Origin: Sphagnum compactum
Lineage: Eukaryota
Direction: 5' to 3'
DNA: 64,000 bases
Assembly: GCA_965153455.1 (NCBI GenBank)
Contig: OZ234493.1
Coordinates: 36,880,213-36,944,212, forward strand
Under the pieces are notes generated by a model. It did not search any database, was not told the DNA's origin, and saw nothing but the letters and a program-made list of their open reading frames with translations. Position 1 is the stretch's first letter. Each line of letters begins with the position of its first letter. Shown here piece by piece: positions 12,514 to 25,900 of the stretch. The translations under genes were made by a program, and so were the position numbers.

Positions 12514-13523
12514 CAGTAGTCTCCCGCTTAAGTACACAACTTGAACCTACATGGTTTGTGCGTACTTAGCCAGTCGGTGCTGCGTACTTTAGATTTGCAG
12601 CTCCCAAGTCGCTCACTTTTGGTAATCTACTTTGCAACTACACACTACCTATTGAGACACAATCACATTACCTTGTCCCTTATGGCAAGATCAGTGAAAT
12701 GTTTCCATGAAGTCTCACAAGTTAGGACACGTGGTGGACATTCATGAAAATGTGGGACCAAATGAAAAACTAGGTACATTATTGGGTGGTCCCTCCTCCC
12801 TCAGAGAGACAGAGCCACGAAAGAAAAAAACTACTTTACTTGAACTAAGTTGACATCCTGGAACTTCTCCATTTTCCTTTTTAAATTATTCCTTTGTACT
12901 GTACATTTTCGAAATCTACTGTGTGCTTATTAATAAAGTTTTGCAGGGTTTCACCACTTTACCTGATGTTGGGGTGATGCACCTGTCGCGAAGCATTTCT
13001 ATTTCTTAAGTGGGTTTTGTCTCTTCTTCTTTCTTCTTTTTCCATTTTGAGTTCTACAAAAAAGATCCCACTTGAAATCTGTGTTTTTTGGGTCCTCCAT
13101 ATTAAACCAGTGTTGGGCGGTTCTCTCCTTTTTCAAATAGAGAACTAGTGTGTAGGGTTGAGTACACGGGACCCTTCACAAGCGGTTCCCAGAAAATCAA
13201 AGAACCAGTTCAGATCCTTGACCAGCAGTTCTCAAAATAAACCCAAAACTAGAGGTTCTTCTGATGATTGTATGTTTTTGCAAAAAACTGGAACCAGAGC
13301 TTCTGTGATTGTGTCAATTTTGTGAAATCCTGAACCAGAACTTCTCCAATTCCGAAAATTTTTCAGAAAATTGGAAGCTTAGATCATTTTATCTGTAAAA
13401 TTTATTAAAAAAACGTACACCAGAGGTAATTAATAATTTTGAACCCTAATTTTTTTGCCAAAAAATGCGTACTTAACCGGGATGTGTACTTAAATGGGTG
13501 CGTACTTAAACGGGAGACTACTG
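12514..13523. mobile_element. Tc1/mariner (pogo-like) non-autonomous element
   Basis: ~24-bp TIRs CAGTAGTCTCCCGCTTAAGTACAC / GCGTACTTAAACGGGAGACTACTG. TA on the right, TG (degenerate) on the left. Confidence 0.7.
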
Positions 13524-13534
13524 TACTACACACA

Positions 13535-13827
13535 CTGGGTAGGCCAATCATGTGGTTGCCCGAAAAAGAAACTAAAAAAATATAAATAAGCGAAAATGGA
13601 GCAAGGGATGATGGGGAAGTTAATGATGGAAAGAAGGACGGACGGACGGAAGGACTGAGGGACGGATGAATAGATAGACGGAAACTAAGGAAGAAAGAAA
13701 GAAAGAAAGGAAGACGGACGGATGGATGGACGGACGTACGTAGAACTCTTTCATCCCACTGCCATGGCCACAATCCGCGAATGTCTGTGACGAACAAACA
13801 CCACCACGTTTGCTTTAATATATAGGA
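13535..13827 (-). mobile_element. Small non-autonomous Helitron
   Basis: Minus strand starts A|TCCTATATATTAAAG, contains tccg/tcca microsatellite, and ends with an imperfect hairpin and CCAG|T (degenerate CTAG). Confidence 0.65.
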
Positions 13828-16176
13828 TCTTGCAATGTGACCCGGTTTCACATGAGAAGAAATCTTGTAAATATGATCTAGTTTACTTTTACTGTCATTT
13901 GTAAGAAAAATTAAACAATATCCCCTTTAAGTAAATGTTTTTTTTCTCATCGTAAATGGCAGGGCCACCATGTGACGCATGTCGTGCCCGTCGTGTTTTG
14001 TTTGTCCTTGATGGCGAACATGTGTCGTTTGGATAAACCTTGGCCGAATTGTGTGGTGGATGAAATTGAACCCGTGAAATGCAAATTGGTCCCATGAATG
14101 AAGATTTGATGTGAGTCGTATTGGTTTACAATACAAATGTCGGTCGCGAGAATGAAAACTAATGTTAAATTATTGATAATGGAGCGGGGGAAAATCAATA
14201 TTTACTTAAATTGATGTCATATTAATTTCCTTAAAAAATTACTTTGTTTTTTCCATAGGAGGGTCCAACAAAATGGGTAGCCGATGTTTGAGTCATCGCA
14301 AGACTTCTCGATTGCATAGCTGGGAACGAACAAAACAGTAAGCACTACACTGACTGCCCCATTATGGGTCCTCGCATCAATGGTTCAACCTGGATTGTCG
14401 AGACCGGGGGGAGGGGAAGGAGGTTCAATTCCCTGCACCCCCGGTCCTCCTACTTTTATCTGAGCTCCGGTTCGATGATCAGCCTAAACCACCCTGCCGC
14501 GCCCCCCCTCCTCCCTCTTCTACTTGCGATTGGTTGCCTTTTGTTATTTTTCATCAAGCCTCATTCGTTTTCTCCCTTTACTTATTCGATTTCCGATCGA
14601 TCGAATTGTTCATTATGTTAACATGTCTCTTTTTTCCCAGCAGTTGAAATTGTTGAACTTTTTCCCTCCACGAACAAATGTAAACGCGGAGAGCCCAGAG
14701 TCCGCTTTATTGAACCCCTTAATTTTTTGAAAAATACATGGGAACCCCCTAAGGATTTTTTTTGTCTGTTTATGTTTAACGAATACATTTAACAGGGTAT
14801 AAATATTTAATGTTGTGTAAGGAGGTATTTCGTTTGAAGATCGTCATCATTTGCATCATTTTTTAGCAGGAGTATTGTAGGACTCGTGCCGTCCAAGGAT
14901 GTTCATTGCATAATTGAATGGGAAAAGAAAATCGTGCCTTCTGAAATTTCCCGGTTTTTTTTGTTTCCCGGGCTTGAATGACCCAACACCCTCCAGTGCC
15001 CCATCCGCAAATCTCATTTTAGGGTTTAGGGTTGACAAACTTTTCTCCCAAGGAAATTAATAAATGGCTCGGAGAAAACGAAAAAAGTATACTTGTAAAA
15101 TAAAAAATCTATACCATCAAAGAGGTATTTGATATGAATTTGTCCGGAACAACCCAAGCCACATCACAAAATAAATCAAGAATTGCTTTTCATGACGACC
15201 AAATAGTAATTAAGGTTGTTTTGGGAAAAGGAACATTATGGCAACGTCGCAGGGCATATCTAGCCAAATAATAATTAGGGTTGTTTTGGGAAAAGGAACA
15301 TTATGGCAACGCCGCAGGGCATACTTAAAGTATGTCATCGTGGCGAATCCCGGTTAATTTTAATTAGTAAATACCCTAGGACACTTTTGGTAAATAGTAC
15401 TAGAGTTTTCACGCTTACACAACGTTTAATATATCACACATCCTTTTTAATCTATAAACATTCATTATAACAAAGCTTTGTTGGGATGGAGGACGAATTA
15501 AATGTTTATTAAACAATGAAAATAAGAATCGGATCTATTTCCTTCCAAATATACAAAAGATAAATTGGCCATGAATCACGCATGTCCATAAATGTTATGT
15601 GATGGCCCACCATTTTGACACCCCCCCGGCCCCCCAAAAACACAATTTCCATATGCTCCTCCATCCTCTCCCAATGGCCCTTGTAAGCCCTTTAATTTAT
15701 TGTTATTTTTATATATAATGTTCTATAAAATTGTGTCAATGGCAACATTTTGATGGGTAGTCAAAAGCTAAATAGAATGCAAACGTAACTATTGAAGTTG
15801 CACACAAAAACGTAAAATAATTCGAACCACGTCCGTTACCAACTTCGCACGGTTGGCGGACGCATGCATCCGAATGCTGGAGCGGGACCATAGATGTAGA
15901 AGACGATTTTAAGATTGCAATCGTAAGTCCAACGACTGGTAGCCTCCTTCGAGCGTATTATTCGTGCCTCCTTTGGTCGTTGTCGACGTCTTGCTTCGTG
16001 CGCACCAGCGGGAAGTCGACGAGCATTCAACCGTCAAAGTTTGTAAATTAGGTGGGGTTGCAACAGCATCGAGAGCTTCTCGAAATGTTGGATTGAAAAA
16101 TCGAAGGGAATTGGATTACAATATGTGGATATCTGTTGGTTCTGCACTAATGACGAGATCGTCGTTGATATGGCAG

Positions 16177-16272
16177 CTAGCATTTCCAAAAGGACTCGGT
16201 GCTGCAGCCGGAAGACCAAGAGTAGCACCCAGCACTCCAGTGATATTTGACGTTCAATTATTGTACATACTT
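16177..16272 (+). pseudogene. Orphan last-exon fragment of chloroplast FKBP-type PPIase (FKBP16-3-like)
   Basis: After tggcag|: LAFPKGLGAAAGRPRVAPSTPVIFDVQLLYI, matching the FKBP16-3 C-terminus LAFPKG..APGRPRVAPNSPVIFDV. Confidence 0.75.
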
Positions 16273-16273
16273 A

Positions 16274-17996
16274 ATGTCTCATTTTCTATTGGTGAGTAAA
16301 AAGCTGACGACCCTAAGAACCTTCCGATTAACAGAGGAATGGGCTCACCACTCAAGTAGTGCATTCACAGATCATCTTTTTCTTAACAATGATGTTATAC
16401 AAATCGTGTGGATTCTCTCCCGAGGTTCTTTTGGCCATTTTTCAAAAGAAATTTGAAAACATTCACCAGAAATATAGAAGGTTGCCTCCCTAAAATCTAT
16501 AATTTGTAGAACTGTCGCCAATGGATGCTAGATTCTTTTGGGAATGGTCACCGACGATGCTGCAACTGCAAGACCGAAAAATAGTGGATTGCACTTGAAT
16601 TGCAGACACATTTTTTTCCCCACAGAGCATGCACCCTCTATTTTGCTTTCATGTACCAGGAAATGCAAACCACACAACTGTATCAACTTCTTCGTCCACT
16701 TTGTACCTGGAGCTTTCTTAGTGAATTGAAGATGCTTCAGTGACTCCATTCCGAGAGTTTTCTCATATCTTGCAATCTCCTAGTTTGCCAAACTTCCACT
16801 TCACCTCAATTCATTACAGATCGAAACCTCAAGGTTCTATCTGCACTCCAAACTTGACTGTTCAAAAAAGCTGGTCAGTGTTACCAGAATAACTGGCACT
16901 GTAAAGGGCGTTACTGGTTATGTTGTTCTTAACTACGCAAAATGTCACAACCGTGTTGTGATCACGAATGCTCATGCAACCTCCATTTTGACTTGTGATA
17001 GGATAGCCTCACAGAATTCTCGAAGAATTAGTAAACCGTACAGCAAAAAGATGAGCTGGCTTCACGACCAGCGGCAGTATTGTCTGAAGTGCGTTCCTCG
17101 AAGGAGCCTATTGATTCAAAAAGGTCGAAATTGACTTCAGCATGTCATTTTCTATTGGTGAGTAAAAAGCTGACGACCTTAAGAACGATTGACAGAGGAA
17201 TCAGCTCACCACTCAAGTAGTGTATTCAAAGATCATCTTTTTCTTAACAATGGTGTTATACAAATCTTGTGGATTCTCTCCTGAGGTTCTTTTGGCCATT
17301 TTTCAAAAGAAATTTGAAAACATTCACCAGAAATATAGAAGGTTGCCTCCCTAAAATCTATAATTTGTAGAGTTGTGGCCAATGGATGCTAGATTATTTT
17401 CGGAATGGTCACCGATGATGCTGCAGCAGCAGCAGGACCGAAAAATAGTGGATTGCACTTGGATTGCGGACACATTTTTTTCACCACAGAGCATGCACCC
17501 TCTACTTTGTTTTCATGTACCAAGAAATGCAAACTACACAACTGTATGAGCTTCTTCATCCACTTCGTACCTGGAGCTTTCTCAGTGAATTGAAGATGTT
17601 TCAATGATTCCATTCCGAGAGTTTTCTCATATCTTGCAATCTCCTAGTTTGCCAAACTTCCACTTCACCTCAATTCATTACAGATCGAAACCTCAAGGTT
17701 CTATCTGCACTCCAAACTTGACTGTTCAAAAAAGTTGGTCAATGTTACCAGAATAACTGGCACTGTAAAGGGCGTTACCGGTTACGTCATTCGTGTTGTG
17801 ATCACGAATGCTCATGCAACTTCAATTTTGACTTGTGATAGGATAGCCTCACAGAATTCTCGAAGGATTAGTTTAAGCCGTACAGCAAAAAGATGAGCTG
17901 CTTCACGACCAGCAGCAGTATTGTCTGAGGTGCGTTCCTTTAAGGAGCCTATTGATTTAAAAAGGTTGAAATTGACTTCAACATGTCATTTTCTAT
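16274..17996. repeat. Tandem duplication of an ~850-bp unit (2 copies plus the start of a third)
   Basis: atgtc(tc)attttctat recurs at 16274, ~17142 and ~17983. The units align throughout, and ORFs 16528-16749 and 17389-17613 are paralogous. Confidence 0.92.
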
Positions 17997-18098
17997 CGAA
18001 ATTGGACGTTCGAGGGAGTGACTCACATAAACATTCGCATTTCACCGAGGTGGGAAAGAGCCAGCAACGAATCAAAGTTCTCGTTCAAGGTGAGAGTA

Positions 18099-18299
18099 CT
18101 ACGTCGTCGGGTCAAATGGTAGGCAAGGCAATCTCTGAATCGATGCACCAAGAAGATGCAACTGGTGATCTAATTTCTCGTAGCCCGGGTCAACATGACT
18201 TACTCCTTCGATGTGTGCGGTCCCCTTAGTTGCCATACCGGTAAAGACTAGAGCAGCTCCTGCTCCCAAATCTGCGGCCAATACTGGTGCTCCATACAG
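18099..18299 (-). pseudogene. murA: Last exon of MurA (UDP-N-acetylglucosamine 1-carboxyvinyltransferase), split by a LINE; exon start at 26781-26762
   Basis: The rejoined exon after acceptor tgcag| reads SLYGAPVLAADLGAGAALVFTGMATKGTAHIEGVSHVDPGYEKLDHQLHLLGASIQR, matching the MurA C-terminus (GAPVMATDLRA...HIDRGYE). Confidence 0.85.
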
Positions 18300-18387
18300 G
18301 GTGAAGCCCTTTCGGGGGAGGGAGGCAACAGCCCTGGTGCTCCATACAGGGTGAAGCCCTTTTCGGGGGAGGGAGGCAACAGCCCCT

Positions 18388-21300
18388 TCAGTCATTAGGA
18401 AAATTAGAGAAGTATAAAGGCGGGAGGAAACGCCACCTGATGGTGGCGCTATCACTCCCAAAGATGTCCATATGAAACCATTCAGATCTAAAGGCGAGCT
18501 CAATCCTAGCTTGCATAGCAGGGTCATTGACCGGCCGAGGGGCCCTGATGGCCTTCCAGGTGGCCATGCCGACTTCGACGGTGGCCACCCAAGCTTGCGA
18601 GAGGACTTTGTCGATGGAGTAACAGTCGTCGAAGTGCTTACGGCATCTCTCGGACCAAAGGTAGTATAGGATGAAGGTGCGTAAAATGTCAAGCGGCTGC
18701 CTGAGGTAAGTGTATCCTCCTGGGTGGTACGCGTGCAGGCCCGGGGGGTAGGCCCGGGGGGTCTTCCTCGTGCTCGATGGAGGCCTCGCCCAGCAAAGCG
18801 AAGGGCCAGTTGAAGGTGACGTCTTCGGGGGCCTTCCATTCCTCCCACACTCTTTTGAAAGCGCCCCAGGCGCGTTGCGCTGGGGGGCAGTCCAGTAGAC
18901 AGTGTTGGGGGGACTCGGGAACCCCTGAGCTGCAAGTTGCGCAGGTGGGAGAGATTCCCATCACCTATAGCCAGGTGCCAGTTGGGAGGCCCTGATTGAG
19001 GGCTAGCCAAACCAGAGTGCCAACTTTCCTGGGCCGGGAGTTATGCCAAATCCTGGCAACCACTTGGGAAATTGAAGAGTTCCTGAGGTTAAGGTTGTCG
19101 ATGAATGTGATGATTCCCGGGGAGCGCGAGGAGCTCTTCACGTTCTTGTAACCCCTTTTGGCCGTGTATCCAAAGAAAGGGGCGTCGCCCAGGGGGTGTA
19201 CCTCTTTCCAGTGCCACTCCCCTGGGTCCCAGGGGAGGGTTTTGATGATGCCAGACTCAAAGATCCAGTATGTTTTGTTTCTCTGGTTGGCAAGTGGAGG
19301 GTCGTTGGCGACTTTGAGAGACGCTCCATGTCTCTCGCGCGACAGGACCCTGATTATGGATAAATTGTCTGGGCGGATGGTAAGTTTTTGAAAGTTTGTT
19401 GCCCGGATCTGTCCACTGCTAGCTATTCTTCTGAATTCTAGTACTAATACCTTGTCCGCGAGCGCCTCCAGAATGTAGTATACCCATTCCAGGGGGGTAC
19501 CCGAGCTGGGAGTACTTACCCAGTCCCCTGGCTGTGCACAGGGGCTGAAAGAGTCTGGCCTCCAGGGGATGCTCCCAATGATGATGTCTTTGGAGGACCT
19601 GTTGGATGCGTGGACGTGCATTTTCAGGTCTGAGAGGTTCTTCCAGTCCTGAGTATCGCCATTCCAGAAATCCCTGATTCTAGTGTGTCCGGCCCGCGCG
19701 AAGGCGCAACCTTCGCTGTGACCGTTGACTCCAAGGGGTTCTCCCCTTACATTGGTGAGAGATGGATTACTGAAGATAGGTTGTCTCATCAGTTCCGCCA
19801 GATTTGATGGCTCCTTCTTGGCGAGGCCAGGGCGAATGCTCATCCATGCCCCCAGAATGCTCTTCCACATTGAGCAAGGCTCCTTTTTTAGCTTAGGCGC
19901 GGCGAAAATCCAGTGGATGTCTGTAGTGTTGGGCCCTTTCCCGTGAACAGGGAGCCTGGTTTGATCAGCGTGGTGCCGGATCAATTCCTTCCAGGGTTCC
20001 CCTCCGGGTGCAAGACCCCTGACCAGAAGTTTCGCGAGGAGGGCTTCTGATTGCGATTTGGGGTCGATTATGCCCAGTCTGCCTTTAGCAATGGGCAGGA
20101 TGAGGGTGTCCCATTTCACCTTGGCCCGGGTGAACGCGGCTTTCCCCCCCCAAATAAAGTTCCTTACGACTCCGCGCACCTGGCTGCACATGCTGGGATT
20201 AGGGTTCCAGCATGCGGCCAGGTACCAAGTAGAGGCCAGTAGCACCTGGTTGGCGACTAGTACCCTACCCGCGAGGGAGAGGTTGCTGTGGCTCCAGCAT
20301 ATCAGCTTTCCTTTTAGTGCACTCAACATCTTGTTGAAGTTTGCCTCTGTTGGGAGGTGAAATCCGACTTGAACCCCTAGGTAACTGACGCCCTCGCCTC
20401 TGGGGACCCATTTGAGGCCGACTTCCTGCCCCCAATCCCAACTTCTCTCTCTCCTGCTCGCCCATATGGCGGAGGATTTGTTCCAGTTGATCTTGGCCCC
20501 TGAGGCCTTGCAAGACTTCAAGTACACCCTGGGCCCTGTTGAGGTTTTCCTCGTCACCCTTGAGATACAATGCTGTGTCATCGGCAAAGGTTTGGTCCCT
20601 GATTCTGCCCCCCTTGGGCAGTGTCAGGCCCTCAATCCCGTGCCTAGGATCTGCTAGCATGTACCCTAGGATGTCGGTTGCGATTATGAAGAGATAAGGT
20701 GTTAGCGGGCAGCCCTGCCTAACTGATCTGGCAAGCTGAAAGGTTGGTCCTACCACACCGTTGACCTTGATTGCTGAGGACGCCTCCCGATACAAGGTGC
20801 GGACCCATTTTATCCAGGTGTTGCTGAATCCGATGTGGCCCGTGGCGGAGAAAAGAAAATTCCATTCTATTCTGTCGAAGGCCTTCTCAAAGTCTAAGAG
20901 GAGGAGCACCAAGTCCTGGTTGCTCTCCTCGGCCCAGTTCAGAGAGTCTTGGGCCATGAAGACGTTGTCTAGAATACTCCTGCCTTCCACAAATCCTATC
21001 TGGTTCGGTCTGATTATGCTTGGGAGGAAGGTTTGCAGCCTTCCCACGAGCGCCTTGGCAAGAATTTTGTAGATGCATCCCAACAGGGTGATCGGTTTCC
21101 AATTTCCCAACTTGGAGCGATCTCCTGTTTTTGGAATCAGGGAGATTAAACCCCTATTGATGAAAGCCGAAGCCTCGCCTGAGTTCAGCATGGCCGTATA
21201 TGCCATGAGGAATGAAGGTGCCACCTCATTGACGCAAGATTGGAAGAATTCGATGGGAATTCTATCCTGTCCGGGTGCTTTGTTTTTGGGCAGTGCAAGA

Positions 21301-22755
21301 ATCGCCTTGACGACCTCCTCTAGCGTGAGGCTCTGGGTGAGGGAGGCATTAGTTTCCGCCGAGACTCTCGCCGGGACATTGTCCCAGCAGGAGGCTTGGG
21401 CTTCCTGGGTCCCAGGGAGGTGGGCTTCCGAGGTATAGAGTTTGGTGTAGAAATCGGTGATGTGATTGGTGAGGTCAGTGTGCCTTTTGATCAGCCCGTT
21501 GTCGGTGACCAGTTCCCTCATCAGGGTCTTCTTTTGCCCTGCTCGGTGAAAGTCAAAGAAGGTTTTGGAACAGGTGTCGCCATACCTGAACCAGTTCGAA
21601 GAGGAGAGGTGTTGGTTGTGCGGCACCTGATTTTGAAAAATTTCCTGCCAGCTTGGCTTGTGAGTCGGACAGGACGCCCCTCACTTCCTCGTTGGTCGGG
21701 TTGTTTTGAAGCTGAGCTTCCGCGAGTTGAACTCTTTTTGTGTTCATTCTAATCGTGGCTCCTCTGAGTCGCTTCTTTACCTTGGCTAGGCGGTTGTTGC
21801 AGGCCATTACCTTGCCGATGGCCGCTTCCAGCCAGAGAGTCCAATCCTGGTCGTTGGAAGGGGTCGGGAGGTCCCCTGACCATGCTTGGAGCAATTCCGC
21901 TTTGGCCTCCGCGTCTTCCAGGAGGGAGGTGTCGAAGTAGTAAGATGGATTGACTGGGTCAGTTGCCTGACCCCAAATTGAAATGAGAAGTAGGGAGTGA
22001 TCTGAAAATTTTCCAATGGAGGCAGGAGATTCGATCCTTCCTCCTCTTGATTCCAAGCCTTGCGAGATCATGTATTTGTCGATTCTGGAGACGGCTGCGC
22101 CGGATCCCGATCTCCCATTGTCAAAAGTGTACGCCTTTTTTGACATCTTTCGGAAGCTGTCTGAGACCCAAGCGTCGGACAATCCATATTGGATCGTCAT
22201 TTGATGCTAGGAGGCTGCCTCCCTCCTATGCATTCTTCTATAGCCGGCTAGACCCCCGCAGGGGATTTCCACCATATGATTAAAATCTCCCCCTAAGATG
22301 GTGTGGTCTGAATTGCATTCAGCGCTACTTATGGCTTTCCATAAATGAGCTCTTTCTCTAGAGGTTCGGGCTGCGTAGATGTTGATCACGGTTAGCGTGA
22401 CTCCGTCTGTCGCTTGGAGTTTGACAAATTGCGCTCGACCTTCTACGAGGATCCCATTGTCGACCACCAGGGGAGCTGTGGTTCTGTTTAGAAGGATGGC
22501 AATGCCAGCGCTAGTTCTCTGTGAGGTTCCCATGGGGATCCTTGGATTCCAGAAGGAAGCTCCCTTCCAAAACTCGATTCCTTTTCCGGTGCTGTCTAAG
22601 CCTTATTTTCCCAGGTGGTGTTCCTGGATGAGGAGGATTTGGGGGGGGGAAGGGAGAGAGGCTAACCAGAGCTTTATCGCCTTCTGCTTTGGCGAATTGG
22701 TCCCCAAGCCTCTCGCGTTGAGGGACGCCAGGGTAAGGGTCTTGTCAAGCATTTC
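18388..22755 (-). pseudogene. LINE ORF2: APE endonuclease, reverse transcriptase and zf-RVT, disrupted
   Basis: EN motifs LNARGL, QEHH, NIYA, GGDFN, SRID, FSDH. RT motifs DFEKAFD, RQGCPL, FADD. Zinc finger CATC...ESPQHCLLDC. Split over several ORFs and frames. Confidence 0.92.
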
Positions 22756-22997
22756 CTTGTTGACCCTGGGCGGCTGGTGAGCCGATCGATCCCAATCCAT
22801 CAAATTCGTTTTGAAGAGAGCTTGCCAGGTCCTGAGGCGCCAGCGCTAAGAGGTCGAGCTTTATGTATCTTTTCTTTTTTCTGGCCGCTTGTGGAGATGC
22901 CAGTAGGCTTGCTGACGTGCTTTTGCACGTTTGGCGATCCGTGCTTGCGGGACCGGTCTTCAGCAAGAGGCTGTGTGCCGGGCCCGAGAAGACAACA

Positions 22998-25900
22998 TCA
23001 TTGTTCATGCTGGGCATGGATTCGGGTGTCCTCTAGTGTAGATTTTTCTTCTTTTGCGCACTGATAGCACTGAGGCCAGTGTTGATGTGAGCCAGAATCG
23101 TGCATTCCTAGCCTCCCTTGACATGATCTTCTTGCCAGCTCCATTCCAAGGCGAGGCGCCCCTTGAGACTCAGGCTGAATCTGAGAATCTTTCCCTCGAG
23201 CTCTGCCTCGACGTTCCTGGTTAAGTCCGCGAGAGCGGACACAGGGGTCCATTCCTCTTCAGGTGTCCCTAAGCACCTGAGGTGCAGCGGGAGGCTTGGC
23301 GAGTCATTGCTCTTAACATTGACCAGGATCTCCTTCTGGTTGTTTCTCTCTCTGGACAGCACCGGCCAGACTATTGCTCTGGCGTGTTCTTGTCCCGGGG
23401 GCACCTGGATGCCTAGAGAAGTGAAAAAGGAACTGTGAACCTCGGAGCGCATTCTCTTTCTTCCACTCCCTGGAGTAAGGTCTTGTATTGAGGCGGGAGC
23501 TGGAGTAAGGTCTTGTATTGAGGCAGGAGCTGGAGACTGAGGCAGAGTTTGCCTTGGCAAGACAATCCTGGAGGATTGCTTCTTGCTTGCCTGGAAAGTC
23601 CAAATCTCTCCCAGTTTCCCTTGAGCGTCCTTGGGATCCTCAGCTTCTGGGCTGAGAGCTTCCAGGGCCGTGAATGGATTTGCGTTGGCAGCCGAGAGAT
23701 AAGTCTGATGAGGAGTTGCCATCTAGTAGCCAAAATTGGGTTGTTCTGCTTGAGGATGGGTGATTGCTGAACGAGTTTCAACCCTTGTACTGGGCCTGGC
23801 CTGGTTGAAACCTGATGGACTTGTCGGATCCGCCATATCCTGGTCGGCTTCCGAGGTCCCTGAAGTAGCCTTCAGGCATCGATTCCGTGGTGATGCCTCT
23901 GCGTTGGGCAGAATTGTGGAGGTACTGGCGATGTTTAGCTGAACGGGGTGATCCGAATGCTTGCTATCTTCCTTTCGATGCTGGATCGTCTCGGTTTGCG
24001 CTTGATTCCTCCTTGCATTTTGGGTTCGGAGTTGTTTGCTGGCCTGGGCTTGGATCGGTTGAGGAATTCCTCCCCCCCCTGGCTCCTTTCCTTCTGGTCC
24101 CCTGATGCTTGTGGGGGGGTATGCTGGCACCCCCTCCCACGGTTTGCTCCTATTGATCCTGCAGGCCCGTGCATGGTGGCCGAACCTCCTGCACTTTCTG
24201 TACTGGTTTGGCAAGCCGGAATACAAGATTCTTTGTGCCACAGTGTCGTTGGGCTCTGCTCCTTCCGCCATAGACGGAATTCTAATGTATCCGGGTAGCT
24301 TGGAAATATCCCTGAGCTCGATGGTGATCATGGGCCCCGCTGGCCTTTTGATGTACGAGTCTACCGCTTCTATCTCCAGGACTTCCCTGATTTTGCTCGC
24401 CATGATAGTCAGGGCCCTCGTGTTCCTGAACTGCTCGTGCAGATCGGGGAATTGAACCTTGATCGCGTGTGTGAGTTGAGCTTCCGCCCCCTGCAAGCTT
24501 GAGTCGAAATTTGGAATGTAGCGAGAGAAGGAGAGGCCCAGGCCGCTCCATTCGACTGCTGCCAGTCGTCTGGTGGCCTTGGCCCCTTCCTCATTCTCGA
24601 AGAGTACTTCGAAGTATTCTCTTGTGAGGAGGGATACTGAGTTGAAAGGGGCCGGGAGATGGAGCTTGAGGCAGTCGAGCAACGCTTTGAATGTTGCTCT
24701 GCCTCCAAGCGTTCTACCGATAACAGTTCGTCTAGCTTTCTTCGCCGCGCTTTCTTGCATCTGTCGCAACCCTAGCCTTTGGCTTGCGACCAAGGCAAGG
24801 GGGTTGTGAGGTTGCGGGCCTAGTAGTAGACCCGGGAGGCACATCACATGCTCCCGGGAGTGCAAGGAGTGCAAAGAGTCCAGAGAGTGTGAGGGAGTGA
24901 ACCCTCACACTCCCAAGTGAACTCCCACGTTGGGAGTTGGTGAGAGTTGGAGTCCCGGAGGGACTCCCGAAACTTCAGAGAGCGTTTTGAGGGGTCAAAA
25001 CTCCATGGCTTGTTTTGCACTTTATATCAATGGAAAGCTCTTGAAGCGTACATATCTAAAATGGGCTCGCATTGCTCATTTGGACATCTGAAACACAAGT
25101 TATGGCCAAAAGAAGGATCGGGAGTCGAATTCCCGGGAGTCTGCCAGTTTTGACTCCCGACCACTAAAAGTCGGGAATCGACCCGAAATACTAGGCTGCA
25201 GAGGACGTGCCACATATCGTTGGAAAGCTCTCGACGAGAGCTACAACTTTGCTTCAGACCGCATCGCGATCCGAGGTCTGCTCGCAAAGTTATGGGGCTC
25301 CAAAGTCGCGGGAGTCCCATTTGGCGCGATTTCGGGACTCCCACGCGGGAGTCCCGGGAAAAATAGCCATTTGGATGTAGCCTCCGTGGAGAGTCACAGA
25401 GTATACTATAAGGGGGGAAGTGGTTGGCTTCCCCAAGGGGGAAGGTGCTGGCTTCCCCACCAAAGGGAGTGAGGTGGTGGCTTACTCCCGAGCCCGGAGT
25501 GTGTGTGTGTTCAAAGTGAGTCCGAGTTCACCCGTGGCTTGTCCCAACACCAAAAAGGATTCAACATGAGTCCCAAGGGGGAAGGTGATGGCTTCCCCAA
25601 GGTCCGGGCCGTGGCTCTTCCTAGCACCAAAGGTGCTCCAACTTTGGACTAACCACTTGGAGTGGTTAATGGAGGGTCCGTGTGAGCGAGTCAAGCTTGT
25701 CAACTCTTCCTAGTCCCATCCCGGAGCTCCAACACACCCTTCTACCCCTCAAGTGTTGTGAGCTAGGGAGCGGCTCCAAGTTCCAACCGCTTCCGCATTG
25801 CCGCATACTTGGACCCTCGAGTGGGTCCACAAGGAACTTGGGAGCGCGTCAGCATCACTACCACTAAGTCTGTTGGAAAATCCGCCTCTATTTCCATGCT

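Noticed and set aside
18099-18299. MurA as bacterial contamination or recent horizontal transfer
   Set aside because: It has a spliceosomal acceptor, is interrupted by a plant LINE, and has a C-terminal extension. Nuclear murA is established in mosses.
18099-19010. 303-aa ORF suggesting a novel LINE-MurA fusion protein
   Set aside because: It is a chance read-through of an off-frame LINE 3' region across the duplicated TSD into the MurA exon. It has no genuine ATG context and MurA catalytic residues are missing.
23723-24874. 383-aa stand-alone gene
   Set aside because: The first ~38 codons come from the solo LTR and the remainder is the middle of LINE ORF1.
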